From: Chrysomallon squamiferum
Taxonomy: Eukaryota; Animalia; Mollusca
Length of the DNA stretch: 64,000 bases
NCBI GenBank assembly: GCA_012295275.1
Contig: CM022674.1
Coordinates: 15,686,001-15,750,000, forward strand
Direction of reading: 5' to 3'
Shown here: piece after piece, positions 13,924 to 27,557 of the stretch
Layout of the letters: each line of letters opens with the position of its first letter
Position numbering within the stretch: the first letter of the stretch is position 1
Program-made: the position numbers and the translations under genes
Notes under the pieces: generated by a model
Seen by the model: the letters and a program-made list of their open reading frames with translations, nothing else
Databases searched by the model: none
What the model was told of the DNA's origin: nothing

Positions 13924-14714
13924 CATTATTCAGCATGTTCGTCTGGCGAAGCTGTTTCAAAGTCTGGTAGAAAAAGATGATCGGTTTGAAATACTCGGAG
14001 AAGTTACATTGGGTCTCGTTTGTTTCCGACTTAAGGTCAGGATTAAATTATAATTAATGTTCGCTAGAATGAGATATTTATTTATTTATGTTAACAAAAA
14101 AAAACAAAAAAAAAACAACAAAAAGAACATGAATAAAATAGTAAGGATAAAAAATAACAAATAAAATCATATACATTATTTAAAAGAATCTGCAATTACC
14201 CAAAAATTATTTCTTTTCCAAGGGGCCTAACTGTTTAACTCAGAAATTACTGCGCATGATCAATGAATTCCGGAAGCTACACATGGTACCAGCTTTAATC
14301 AACGAACACTTCGTCATTCGGTTCGCCATTTGCGCTGAAAGAGCCTGCGACAAAGATATCACCTATGCTTGGGATGTCATAGTAGAGATGACGTCAGAGA
14401 TATTGTTACACCGTCGCGACAGCAACCGACAAGCTGAGAAGGAAGTTCTTGAAGAGAGTTTGAGTGATTCTGAAGACGAGGTTTTCCCTGAGTTCGATAA
14501 TGAGATGATATTCGACAATCAGAGATGCAATCTACAAAGAGCACGGCTGCGGAGAAATTAGTTTTTGAAGATGGTCTCCGATCCCAAATCGTATCACCAC
14601 CAGGTGTTCAAATCTCTCGATATTGATAACATTAGGATCAGAAGTCAGTCATTAGGTGAGAGTGATCCAATATGTGCGCAAAGTGTAGACTATATTTTTG
14701 GGACTCCTTTGTAA
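12795..14714 (+). pseudogene. Tdc: 5'-truncated tyrosine decarboxylase-like (group II PLP decarboxylase) gene. Exons ~12795-12851, 13082-13180, 13934-14035, 14223-14714
   Basis: VLDPLYLQHKHGDQAIDFR / [23 protein letters not shown] / HVRLAKLF...LGLVCFRLK / GPNCLTQKLL...LHMVPA...VIRFAICA, with a Tdc-type C-terminal FLKMVSDPK after an in-frame TAG at 14559-14561. No upstream exons (including the PLP lysine) were found. AATAAA at 14758. Confidence 0.85.
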
Positions 14715-16129
14715 TAACGGTTGCTGTTCGGTAGACGTAGAATGTATTTAGTATTGAAATAAAAGATGAAAACAGCAGATTTCAGATACGATTTTATTTT
14801 GTTTTACCGCCCGTACATTTTTTTTTCATTTCCCTTAATTTATTCTATCTGTTTATTGCAATCTTTATTATTAAAAACAAGGAACTGTTTAATGACTTGC
14901 TCAAGAAAAAAAAAAAAAAAAAAAAATCCGACTACACAACAACAAAGAAAAACAAAAAACAACAACATTTTTATCCATAAGTATTAACAACGTTTTAAGA
15001 CACTGAAAATGACTAAACTGTTGATTAACAGAAAGAGTGTTCTATGTTCACAGGACACCACATACAACAACCTTTTATAAACTCACTGATTAGTAATAAT
15101 CCAGTGATCCAGAAAAACAAAGCTGAACCTTACCTCACTTGTTTGATTCATTAATTAAAATATTATTTTCTATAATTAATTATTTGAACATAGTTAATTA
15201 ATAATTACATATTCTGTTACAAGTGACCACACAACATTTGCCACAGTTTCTTTTTGAAAGCAAACTTTGGGGTTCACTGATTCTATGAGGATAAGGACAG
15301 GAGGGATAGATGTCCAAGTGTTAATAATAACAACAGATTTACATAAGATTAAACAATGGGGGTAATACTAGAATCTAATGATTAGATGTTTCAGGGTCTG
15401 TGTTGTGGTGTTTAGACTTGAAACTGCTCATAATAATTTAGACATAGACCACATTTAAACAATGAAATGTGGACAGTTTCAAACATTATTATTTTGCATT
15501 TCTGAAATGAATAAACTAAAGGTGTAAAGTGTGTGTATTTTCATTGAATTGAGTCAGTACACTTTTCCAGTTACAGTATCTTGTTGTTTATGCTTGTTTT
15601 AAAGAAATAAATTGGTGAAATGATAAAAGTGTTTGTAATCAATTTTTTTATGATATATCTGAAATGGAAAAACATTTCTTAGTTAACATTGTATATATTT
15701 TCCAATTAGTATTTGTTGGATATGGAAATTACACAAGACTCGAATATTAAATATGAGGAAATAGTTAAATTGTGGGATAATAAACTATTGTTATCAAAAA
15801 TTATGAACAGTCCTGTCTCCTACACGATAAGTGTTTGAGAGAAAAAGAAAGAGGGTCCTCAATTATCAATAACTCTGTGTGTCTGTTTTTGTGTGTGTGT
15901 GTACACACACGCATATGCCATGACGAAGAAGATAATGTAAAGGGTACTATAAGAAATGACTTAGGGTTTTTCATACCATGTATCAGGATATCTGACATCT
16001 ATTATATAATTCTATATGATAAGTACATTCGGGTGAGATCATAATCCCTGTAATATAATTTTTTGGTATATCCTAATTACCCATGCACCACTGAAATGTA
16101 AACCTTAATATATCTACGTAAACGATCTA

Positions 16130-16520
16130 CGTAATGTCATCACTTATGTATACCACAGACCTACACACCCCTGTAATGCAATTTTTTGTGTATAATACTG
16201 ACCCATACACCTGTGTTATGTAATTCTTTGTGTACAATACTGACTCATACACCTGTGTAATGTAATTTTTTGTGTATAATACTGACCCATACACCTGTGT
16301 AATGCAATTTTGTGTGTATAATACTGACCCATACACCTGTGTAATGTAAGTTTTTGTGTCTACTACTGACCCATATACCAATGTATTGTAATCCTTTGTG
16401 TATCCTTCTGACTCATACACCTGTGTAATGTAATTATTTGTGTGTCCTACTGACCCATACACTTGCAATGCAATCCTTCTTCTATCCTACAGACCCATCT
16501 GTAGTTTATGCTATTGACCT
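16130..16520. repeat. 42-bp minisatellite (~9 units)
   Basis: Unit tataatactgacccatacacctgtgtaatgtaattttttgtg. Confidence 0.9.
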
Positions 16521-16949
16521 ATGCTGCCCTGTAATATAAACCCCAGTCGACAGTACAGCGAGTGGTTATCTCATCCTCTTGTGAGTATATAAATTGCAAT
16601 GTCCACATAAAATGTGAAATAAAAAAAAAATGTTATTAATATATTTTTGGTTGAACAAAAGCAAACGAACATTTCCCAAAACAACAACCAAAATAACCAT
16701 CCCGACAGCAAGATCCTCTTAACTCTATTATAGATCTGCAGGCAAAGCAGTGAACTGGGGCCACTAGCTACACATTGTCCACTTGTTCCCATTAAAATTA
16801 GTACTAATATTATTATTATCGTTAACAAAACATATGCTAAATATGCATTTTACAGTAATAAATATTGATAGATATAAAGGTATTTGAAGCACACATCACA
16901 TTGATGTGAAAGCTGTATATGTAGAAGTTGAACTTGGTGAAATATTTAC

Positions 16950-17300
16950 TATAGAAGTAGGACTGCGAAATATTAGTGGAATGTTGGAAGGATGTTCTGT
17001 AGAAGTAGAACTGTGAAAGAATGGTAAAGTGTTGGAAGCATCTGCTGTAGAAGCAGAACTGTGAAAGAGTGGTAAAGTGTTGGAAGCATCTGCTGTAGAA
17101 GTAGAACTGTGAAAGAATGGTAAAGTGTTGGAAGCATCTGCTGTAGAAGTAGAACTGTGAAAGAGTGGTAAAGTGTTAGAAACATCTGCTGTAGAAGTAG
17201 AACTCTAAAAGAGTCGTAAAGTGTTGGAAGGATTTGCTGCAGAAGTCGAACTGTGAAAGAGTGGTAAAGTGTTGGAAGTAACTGCTGTGAATGTGGAAGG
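16950..17300. repeat. 48-bp minisatellite (~7 units) just downstream of the PARP stop codon
   Basis: Unit tgctgtagaagtagaactgtgaaagagtggtaaagtgttggaagcatc. Confidence 0.9.
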
Positions 17301-18269
17301 AACGGTGGGAGGAATTGATTCCAATATAAATTGGGTACTTGAACACTTCTGATCGGAATAGAGGCCTGAAAAGACTATACTGAGGAAACTGATGAAGATA
17401 ATTCTGGTGTACCCTTCACAGAATATCCAATTAGAAACATTGGGTAAATCTGGGAAGTGTCAAAGATTACAAAAACTGATGGATTATTTACATCATCGAC
17501 ACAGGAATCATAAAGAACATGTCCTTTCCTAGGAGGGGGCCGGCAGTAGGAACTTTCACCTTTTGCATACTGGCCTACAAGAACCTTTGAAATGAACATG
17601 AAGCAAAGTGAGCCTGAGGTGTACCAGTGACTGTATTTGGCATCACGGGCGAAATAAGCTCCCTTTCCGTACTTTGTTCCACGTTCAGCCTGAAGTCGAT
17701 GTTGTTGTGGCAGATTCCACGTATGACACTGATGTCACCACTAGTTCCATGAAAGAGAAATCTTTCATCAATATCTCCTTTTTCATCCCTGTTCATCAAC
17801 ATTACTTTTCTCATGCTGCAAAAAAACAACAAAAAAAACTTATATTTTAGCCTCTTAAGATTCGTAATAATTAAAAAATATTATTGCTTACTGCTCAGCT
17901 AGATTTAATGTTTTGTTTTCGTTGCAATTTATTTTATAGTAACTGAACTACAGTATGTGATTGCTTTTCTACGATACTAGTGGTCAAACATATTTTTTGC
18001 ATATCGCTGTTACAGTATAGTGATTAATTTTCATTCCGCAATCAATGGATGGTAAATATTTATTTCACAAAACTACTGATAAATTTTCTATCATCAATAT
18101 TTGAATACCAATATATAAAGATATAGTTATTTTTTTTTTTTTTTTTTTACTAATTGATAAATCTTCTATTGCTATTTTGTTGTTTCTAAAACTACTGAAG
18201 CAAACGGAATATCTACTGTTTGCAATTGTAAATCAATCAGTTATTTAATTAGTTCTAGAAAATATTAAT

Positions 18270-18560
18270 TAAATTAGTGTTAAAATATACTAACTCTCGA
18301 TCATTTATTTAATGAGTAAATGCGGATTAAATACCTATCCCTGATTATCTATTTAACCAGAACAAACTGGTTAAATATCTGTCACTGATTACTTATTTAA
18401 GGAGAACATACTGTTTAAATATCGATCATTGATTATCTATTTAATGAGTGTAAGCCGGTGATATATCTGTCACTGATTATTTACTTAGTAACTATATACT
18501 GAATAAATATATATGATTGATTATTTATTTAATGGGAACATGCATGTTGAATAATTGTAT
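18270..18560. repeat. Degenerate ~44-bp intronic tandem repeat
   Basis: Unit like taaatatctgtcactgattacttatttaaggagaacatactgtt, ~6 copies. Confidence 0.65.
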
Positions 18561-19336
18561 CTAATGCGGAACAAATGACCTAAAATAAATTATTTATTAT
18601 TCCGAATTATAGCAATCTATACTTTGTTAATGTAAAAGTATTACAATAAGATATTTTCCATAATAGGTGTGACATCGTGGCATGCATGAAGAATTGATAG
18701 CTGCATTTTATTTTATTTGTTTCTGCCAATGCTTGCATACAAAAATTAGAATACAAATGTACGCAAAAATGCAACTTTACTCATTTTCATGCTATATTTT
18801 GTTCTTAATTAAGACTACATGACAAAATACTACTACTACTACTAATACTACTACTACTACTGCTACTACTACTAATAATAATAATAATGTTAAGATCAAC
18901 AATACCGAAAACAATAGCAATAACAAATAAATAAATAATTAAATAGATAAGTATGCAGAATATATATAGGATGTGTTTGTTTGTTTGGGTTTTTTTGTGG
19001 GGTTTTATTTTGTATCACGTTAATGTACACAGTATCATAAAATAGGCATTCCTACCTACAGTATTTTTTCCACATTGGTAGATTTTGAATGCGAAATAAA
19101 TATTTCAATATTACTTTCGATTTATTCATGGTAGAAAAAAACAATTTCATCACAGTTTTCATCGCCTTATCTTTGGTCAAGTCATCAAAGTTTAGTTTCA
19201 CCATTTCTACTGGCTGGTAACAGTCTAGAGGCCACCAGTTGTCTGGGAGAGTTGCAGAACATGCAGGCTTATTGGACAAAAGACATGGGTGGGATCTGGA
19301 TTTTGTTAAATAATAAAAAATAAAAAAAATACTAAA

Positions 19337-19469
<133 letters not shown>

Positions 19470-21164
19470 AAAATGATACGGACAGCAAAAATAATGTTTT
19501 GTAGAAATAATGAAATAGGATAATGAGATATGGCATAAAGATATTAAATATTTTAGAAAGAATCTAAAATCAGAGAACGTGAGGTACTAAATATTTTAAT
19601 CCAAATTTTTTGTTATTATACACTATTTTTGCTACTTACAATATCTTTTGTGTCTGCACGTCATCAATGGAAACAAAAGCAGGTCTCCTCAGAAGTCGTC
19701 TTTGTTTTAATGTTTTCAGATTTGTTTGGGTCATCTAGCTAAAATTTATTTCATACAAAAACTGGTTTGTTTCAAAACTATAAAATGGTTGCCCAGCCAA
19801 ATACTTCAGTTCAAGCGTATACTGCAGACTTTCCTATAATAAACAACAAATGCTATGTTTTTTTATGTTTATTTTATTTATTTATTTATTTTTTTATTTT
19901 TTATTTTTTTATTTTATTTTATAGCATGTGTAATGCGATATATCATATGGGTCTGATATGTTTTATGTAATATCAGGTGATATGATGTGATGTGATATGC
20001 TATGATATGTATGTATGTAATAGATACAACAGTTCCTTTCTATTTAATAACAATAGTATATAGGGAACACAATGTTCTAGGCATTAACATGAACATTTTT
20101 ATTTGGTTTTCTTTAACTATGTTTTTGTAATGTTTGACTTTCCGCACACACAAAATTCTTCAAATATTACACATCTTTCAAACATAAAATGAAAAGGAGT
20201 CTTGTTTTTCTTTTTGATTCTTTATTTGGAGCAGTTTTAAATAGAAAAATAAAAAATAAAAAGTAGTTCTACAATGAAATAAAGTGAATATTCACTGGTT
20301 CATAAGGCAGCCAATTTTCAAAACCTGCATCAAAATACCAACTCCACTGTGTCAGCTGTGTGAAGTTGTCTTCTTGTCCAGTGACATACGATGGTGTCGA
20401 AAGACGCTGAACTTTGACCTCGAGGTTTCTCGGTTGCAGGGAAAGAGAAGCGGTCATTGAGACAAAATCAACAACAATTGGAACGAACTTACTGGCCACT
20501 GAAGACTGAAGAAAGTGTACATGTAACTGTACTATTACTTTTTGTACCCCTACTAATAATTTACTAAGTGTGTGTCTCTGTGTGTTGGTAGGATTAACAG
20601 TCATAACATTCTTATATATTGATGTGCAATAGTAAGTATTAAAAGTAGTAGACGAATATTAATAAAACAAGAGTGCAAATCTCAGATAGGTTAATCAACT
20701 ATTATTTTTCAAAGGATTTTTGATACGAACATTTTCATCATGAGAAGAGATTGTCGCACTGGTCAGAATAGGACCCAACGAGGACTGATCCAGTGGCCAA
20801 TAACTTATCAAGGATGTACTTTGAAACAAAACAACAGCAAAGTAAGATTCAGATATGTGACTGTTATTAAAACTTATACTTTATTACATATAAATAAAAT
20901 TCAAATTTTCACTTCTGGATTTTTCTTACTCACCTCTATGTTTTCTGTATCTAACTTGAGATTACAAAAACACTGCTCGATTATCTCATTCTCCACCATG
21001 TCAAAGTTGACCCATTTGTCACAAATCTCCATCTGCCACTGGTAAGGTAGGTTTCTTTGTTTGTGTGTATTTGAATGTATTACACACTGACTCCATACAC
21101 ATTTCTCACAGAGCACACCTTCTATTTCATTCTTGTAATTCATTATTTCAAGGCTGTCATTCAC

Positions 21165-24100
21165 ATCAAGTTGTCGCTGGTGTGAAACTTGTACCAGATC
21201 TGCTTTCATTTTGGCATTAAGTTGTTTCTGCTGTGACGGTTGAGGTGGGTCTGCTTTCACTTGTACATCAAGTTGTTTGTGCTGTGAAGCTTGTACTGGA
21301 TATGTTTTCACGTTGATATCATGTTGTTTCTGCTGTGAAATTTGAGGTATATATATATCTACTTTCGCTTTCAGCTCAAGTTGTTTCTGTTTTATAGTTT
21401 GAGGTGGGTCTGCTTTTATTTGTACATCAAGTTGTTTGTGCTGTGAAATTTGAGGTATATCTGAAATTTGAGGTCTATCTGGATCTACTTTCGCTTTCAG
21501 TTCAAGTTGTTTTTGTTTTATAGTTTGAGGTGGATCTGCTTTCACTTTTACATCAACTTGTTTCTGCTGCAAAAATTGTATAGGATCCGTTTTAATGTTC
21601 ACGGAAAATCGTTTCTGCTGTGGAATTTGAGGTGTATCTGGATTCAGTTTGACATCAACCTGTTTCTGTTGTGATCTTTTTGCTGGATCGGGTTTAATTT
21701 TCACATCAAGTCGTTTCTGCTGTGAAACTTGTATTGGATCTACTTTCATTTTCAAACAAAATTGTTTGTGTTGGGAAACCTGTACTGGATCTACTTTCAC
21801 TTTCATATTAATTTGTTTCTTCTGTGAAACTTGTACTGGATCTGCTTTCGCTTTCACATCAAGTTGTTTCTGCTGTGAAGCTTGTACTGGATCTGCTTTC
21901 GCTTTCACATCAAGTTGTGTCTGCTGTGAATCTTTTACTAGATCTGCTTTTACTTTCCCATTAAGTTGTTTCTGCTGTGAAGCTTGTAATGGATCTGCTT
22001 TCGCTTTCCCATCAAGTTGTTTCTGCTGTAAAACTTGTTCTGGATCTGCTTTTACTTTGACATCAAGTTGTTTCTGCTGTAAAACATGTACTGGATCTGG
22101 TTTTACTTTCGGATTAAGATGTTTGTGCTGTGAAGCTTGTACTGGATCTGCTTTTACTTTTACATCTTGTTGTTTCTGCTGAGAAACCTGTACTGGATCT
22201 GCTTCCACTTTCACACCAATTTGTCTCTGCTGCGAAATCTGTACTGTGTCTGCTTTCATATTTACATCAAGTTGTTTGTTCTGTGAACTTTGAGGTGGAT
22301 CTGATTTCACTTTCATTTCAAATTGTTTCTTCTTTGAAACTTGTACTGGATCTGCTTCCATTTTCGCATCAAGATGTGTCTGTTGTGAAACTTGTACTGG
22401 ATCTGCTTTTACTTTTACATTATGTTGTTTCTGCTGTGAAGCTAGTAGTGGATCTGCTTTCACAATCACATCAAGTTGTTTCTGGTGCAACTCCTGTACT
22501 TGATCTGCATCTATTTTTAAATTAAGTTGATTCTGCTGTGAAGCGTGTACTGGATCTGCTTCCAGTTTCACATCGAGTTGTGTCTGCTGTGAAGCGTGCA
22601 CTGGATTTGCCTGAACTTTCGCATCAAGTTGTGTCTGCTGCGAAGCTTGTACTGGATCTGCCTCGAATTTCGCATCAAGTTGTGTCTGCTGTGAAGCGTG
22701 TACTGGATCTGCCTGCACTTTCACATCAAGTTGTTTCTGCTGTGAAGCGTGTACTGGATCTGCCTCCACTTTTACATCAAGTTGTGTCTGCTGCGAAACT
22801 TGTACTGGATCTACTTTTAGTTTCACATTAAGTTGTTTCTGCTGTGAAACTTGTACTGGATCTGCTTTGACTTTTACACCTTGTTGTTTCTGCTGTGAAA
22901 TCTGCACTGGTTCTGTTTCCACTTTCACATCGAGTTGTTTCTGCTGTGAAACTTGTACTGGATCTGCTTTGACTTTTACATCCTCTTGTTTCTGCTCTGA
23001 AACCTGTACTGGATCTGCTTCCACTTTCACATCAATTTGTCCCTTCTGCGAAATCTGTACTGGGTCTGCTTTGATTTTTACATCAAGTTGTTTGTTCTGT
23101 GAAATTTGAGGTGGATCTGATTTCACTTTCATTTCAAATTGTTTCTTCTTTGAAACTTGTAGTGGATCTGCTTCCATTTTCACATCAAATTGTTTCGGCT
23201 GTGGTATTTGACGTGGGTTTGCTTTTATTTTCACCTTAACTTGTTTCTGTTTTAAAATTTGAGGTGGATCTGCTTTCACTTTTAAATCAAGTTGTTTTTG
23301 CTTTGAAGCTTGTACTTCATATGCGTTTACTTTCACATCAAGTTGTTTCTGCTGTGAAGCTTGTACTGGGTCTTCTTTTACTTTGAAATATTGTTGTTTC
23401 TGCTCTGAAACCTGTGCTGGATTTGGTTTCACTTTCACATCAACTTGTTTCTGCTGCGAAACCTGTAATGGGTCTGCTTCCACTTTCACATCAAGCTGTT
23501 TCTGCTGTGAAGATTCTACTTCATCTGCTTTTACTTTTACATCTTCTTGTTTCTGCTGTGAAACCTGTGCTGGATCTGGTTTCACTTTCACATCAATTTG
23601 TCTCTGCTGCGAAATCTGTACTGGGTCTGCTCTCATTTTTACATCAAGTTGATTGTTCTGTGAAATTTCAGGTGGATCTGATTTCACATTCATTTCAAAT
23701 TGTTTCTTCTTTGAAACTTGTACTAGATCTGCTTCCATTTTCACATCAAATTGTGTCTGTTGTGAAACTTGTACTGGATCTGCTTTTACTTTTACATTAT
23801 GTTGTTTCTGCTGTGAAGCTTGTAGTGGATTTTTGCTTTCACAATCACATCAAGTTGTTTCTGGTGCAACTCCTGTACTGGATCTGCTTCTATTTTTAAA
23901 TTAAGCTGTTTCTGCTGTGAAGCGTGTACTGGATCTGCCTCCACTTTCGCATCAAGTTGTGTCTGCTGCGAAACGTGTACTGGATCTGCTTTTAGATTCA
24001 CATTAAGTTGTTTCTGCTGTGAAAATTGTGCTGGATCTGCTTTGACTTTTACATCGTGTTGTTTCTGCTGTGAAATCTGCACTGGTTCTGCTTCCACATT

Positions 24101-24880
24101 CACATCGAGTTGTTTCTGCTGTGAAATCTGCACTGGTTCTGCTTCCACATTCACATCGAGTTGTTTCTGCTGCGAAACTTGTACTGGATCTGCTTTTACT
24201 TTCACATTAAATTGTTTCTGCTGTGAATCTTGTACTGGATCTGCTTTGACTTTTATATCGTGTTGTTTCTGCTGTGAAACCTGTCCTAGATCTGCTTCCA
24301 CTTTCAAATCAATTTGTCTCTGCTGCGAAATCTGTACTGGGTCTGCTTTGATTTTTACATCAAGTTGTTTGTGCTGTGAAATTTGTACTGGATCTGCTTC
24401 CACTTTCACATCGAGTTGTTTCTGCTGTGAAACTTCTACTGCATCTGCTTTTACTTTTACATCTTGTTGTTTCTGCTGCGAAATCTGGGCTGGGTCTTCC
24501 TCCAGTTTTACATTACCTTGTTTTTGCTGTGAAACTTGTACTGGATCTGCTTTTACTTTTATATCCTGTTGTTTTTGGTGTGAAACCTGACCTGGATCTG
24601 CTTCCACTTTTACATTGCCTAGTTTCTCCAGTGTATCTTCTACTTCCAGTTTCACATCAAGTTGTTTCTGGTGTGAAACTTGTACTGGATATTCTTTCAA
24701 TTTCTTATTAAATTGTTTCTGCTCTGAAATTTGAGGCATATCTGCTTTTAGTTTCATATCAAGTTGTTTCTGCTGTGAAACGTTTACTGGATCTGCTTTT
24801 AATTTCATATCAAGTTGTTTCTGTTGTGAAATTCGAGATGGATCAGCGTTCACCTTCATATGAAGTTGTTTCTGCAGTGA
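21165..24880 (-). repeat. 51-bp coding tandem repeat (~73 units; consensus QVSQQKQLDVKVKADPV)
   Basis: ORFs 20901-23744 and 23792-25276. Confidence 0.95.
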
Positions 24881-26205
24881 AAGTGACAGGCTTGCTTTTA
24901 CAGTTGATACGGGTGTAGTCCTCTCTAAACCCCTGATTCCTTTCTTTGGTGTTGTGCTCTCATCCGAAGGTTTGCAGTCATATGAACCTCTTCTTTCATT
25001 CTGTTGATAATTTTCATTAAATTTGCAAAGAAGCATCTGTTCAAGTATACTAACTCTATAGTGATTCATGTAAAACATTCTAAGGACCCACTGGTTGTGA
25101 CGAGATGACTTGATGTAATGTTGTAAGCCACACATGTTACTGCAGTCCTCTTTTCTACAGACATGAATGAGTGGACAATATTCATCATGTTTGATGCCTC
25201 TTTGATATTCTTCACACCATTCAGGGGTGCTGCATCTCACAACGTTGGCAATGTCCTTATTTTTCAAAAATCCCAAACCTATCTCCTCAATGCGATTCTT
25301 ATTTCTCTCGTCAAAAAATTATGTGAAAGACACTGACCAGTGGAGCGTTTACACTGACCTAGTACAAACTGTGTACATATGTGAAGAAACCTGCAGTATT
25401 TGTTTCTACACTGAGAAGTATTGTAAGGATGACAAATTCTGGCATATCTTGAAAACACAGAAACAAATTTAATTTTGCTATCCTTTGTGAAAAGCAAAAA
25501 GTGTTTGCTATATTTATAAAACCATGAAACACGTTTAGCTTCTACAGGAAGACTGGTTTCTTTCATCAGATTCGAGATCTCTGCACGTCCATTAAATTTT
25601 TCAAGAAGAATGTTGAACACTTTGTCAATAATTTCATTTTCCTTCTCCTGGTCCTCACTATCGTCATGTTTAAGGTTATCCAAATTTCCAGTAGTGGAGC
25701 AAGAACAGAGACTTGATTGTGATTTTGTTGTTCCAGTTAAACGTCCACTGCTGACATCTGTGTTATCTTTGAATATAATTCCTTCTTTTGTCACTGTTGT
25801 TTCCTCTTTTTCTGGTTCTTGGTGTTTGACATGTTTTCTACGTCGCCGTCTTCTGTTGGATTTTTTCGGTGTATAAACTTCTGAACCGTCATGATTATCA
25901 CTGTTAGACTCTGCAGCAGCTGTCGATAATAAACTAGTCTGTGAAGCTGTTCTTTGGTTTAACCTTTGGTCAGTCTGAAAACTGTCTGACTGTTTACCTC
26001 CGCTAGGCTTTTCACGTGGTCCTCTTTTCTCCATATCTGTTTCTTGTGTTGCTTTAGTAGAATTACCTATTTTTCCTCTACCTCTACATAAACCATCATT
26101 TTCTCTACTACCTCTACATCTAGCAGCTTGACATTCCCTGTTTTTTGTATGTTCGAATGTTTTCAAAATTTCCTCCTCACCTGCTCCTTCGTATGTTGTA
26201 GAATA

Positions 26206-26748
26206 TAGTCTGTAACACTGACCTTCGTTCTAAATATCTACGCACTTTGTCAGGTTCTGGAAAATCATTTTTGTAACGTCATCACCTTGTTTCGAAGGCA
26301 TTAGTATCATCAAATTCATCAAAAAAAAAAAAAAAGTTCTGAAATAATATTTAACATTCTATCAGTATTTTCTCTGAAACCTTCACAACCTGTGGCATTT
26401 TCATCATTAAATATAAATATGGCTCGTTTTTAAAAAAATACCTTTAACAGTGAATTATAAAAACTTAGGTCAGTTCTATTTGCAAAATTCTATCTGCTAA
26501 GCATTACAGCTGTTTCTTCTACATGATTAAATCCACTGAAAATAAAATTAGGAACCTAAAATAGACAATCGATATTTAAAAATTAATAAGATTCCCTCGT
26601 GGTTTTTTTTAGAAAAAAAAGAAAAAAAAAAAAAAAAGAAAGAAAGAAAAACGAAAAGAAAGAAGAAAAAGAAAGAAATAAATGTTAATAAATTAAAAAA
26701 TAAATAAAGAAAGAAAATATAATAAATAAAAAAACAAAAAAACAAAAA

Positions 26749-26787
<39 letters not shown>

Positions 26788-27189
26788 AATAAATAGTCTC
26801 TAACACTGACCTTCGTTCTAAATATCTACGCACTTTGTCAGGTTCTGGAAAATCATTTTTTGTAACGTCATCAACTGGTTTCAAAGGCGTTAGTATCATC
26901 AAATTCATCAAAATAAAACATAGTTCTGAAACAATATTTAACATTCAATCTGTACTTTCTCTGCAATCTTCATCAGCTGTGGCATTTTCATCATTAAATA
27001 TAAATATGGCTCGTTTTATAAAAAATACCTTTAACAGTGAATTATAAAAACTTAGGTCAGTTTGAGTTCTATTTGTAAAATTATATCTGCTAAGCATTAC
27101 AGCTGTTTCTTCTACATGATTAAATCCACTGAAAATAAAATTATGAATATAAAATATACAATCGATATTTAGAAATTAATAAGATTCCT
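26206..27189. repeat. Direct duplication of ~395 bp (26206-26597 and 26794-27189) that includes the splice acceptor and start of the large PARP exon
   Basis: Both copies read atagtct.taacactgaccttcgttctaaatatctacgcactttg...atccactgaaaataaaatta...aataagattcc. Confidence 0.92.
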
Positions 27190-27524
27190 TGTGCTTAAAA
27201 CAGACAAAAAAATAAAAAATAAAAAATAATAGAAAGAAAGAAAAAATAATAATAAATAATAAAAAAAGATAAATAAAGTGAGTATAAATAACTAAAGAAA
27301 ACATATAATAATAGGTCAGACGTGCGATAGTAGTCCTACTTATTAGAGTTTGCAGAATACTGCACATGTTACGTTCTTATTGTTTATCTTTACATGGACT
27401 TCGGACCTGTACTCCCAGGTCAACCTAACACGACAACGATAGCAGTACTCATGTCTCCTGTACTGTATCCATATTGATATCAAACTGTCTTTTTTTGCTG
27501 TTTCATTTCTTTTCCGTTACTTTC

Positions 27525-27557
<33 letters not shown>

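Noticed and set aside
21468-24711. Cys-rich plus-strand ORFs (FTSSCFCCETCTGSA...) resembling metallothionein or keratin-associated proteins
   Set aside because: They are antisense shadows of the PARP 51-bp coding repeat
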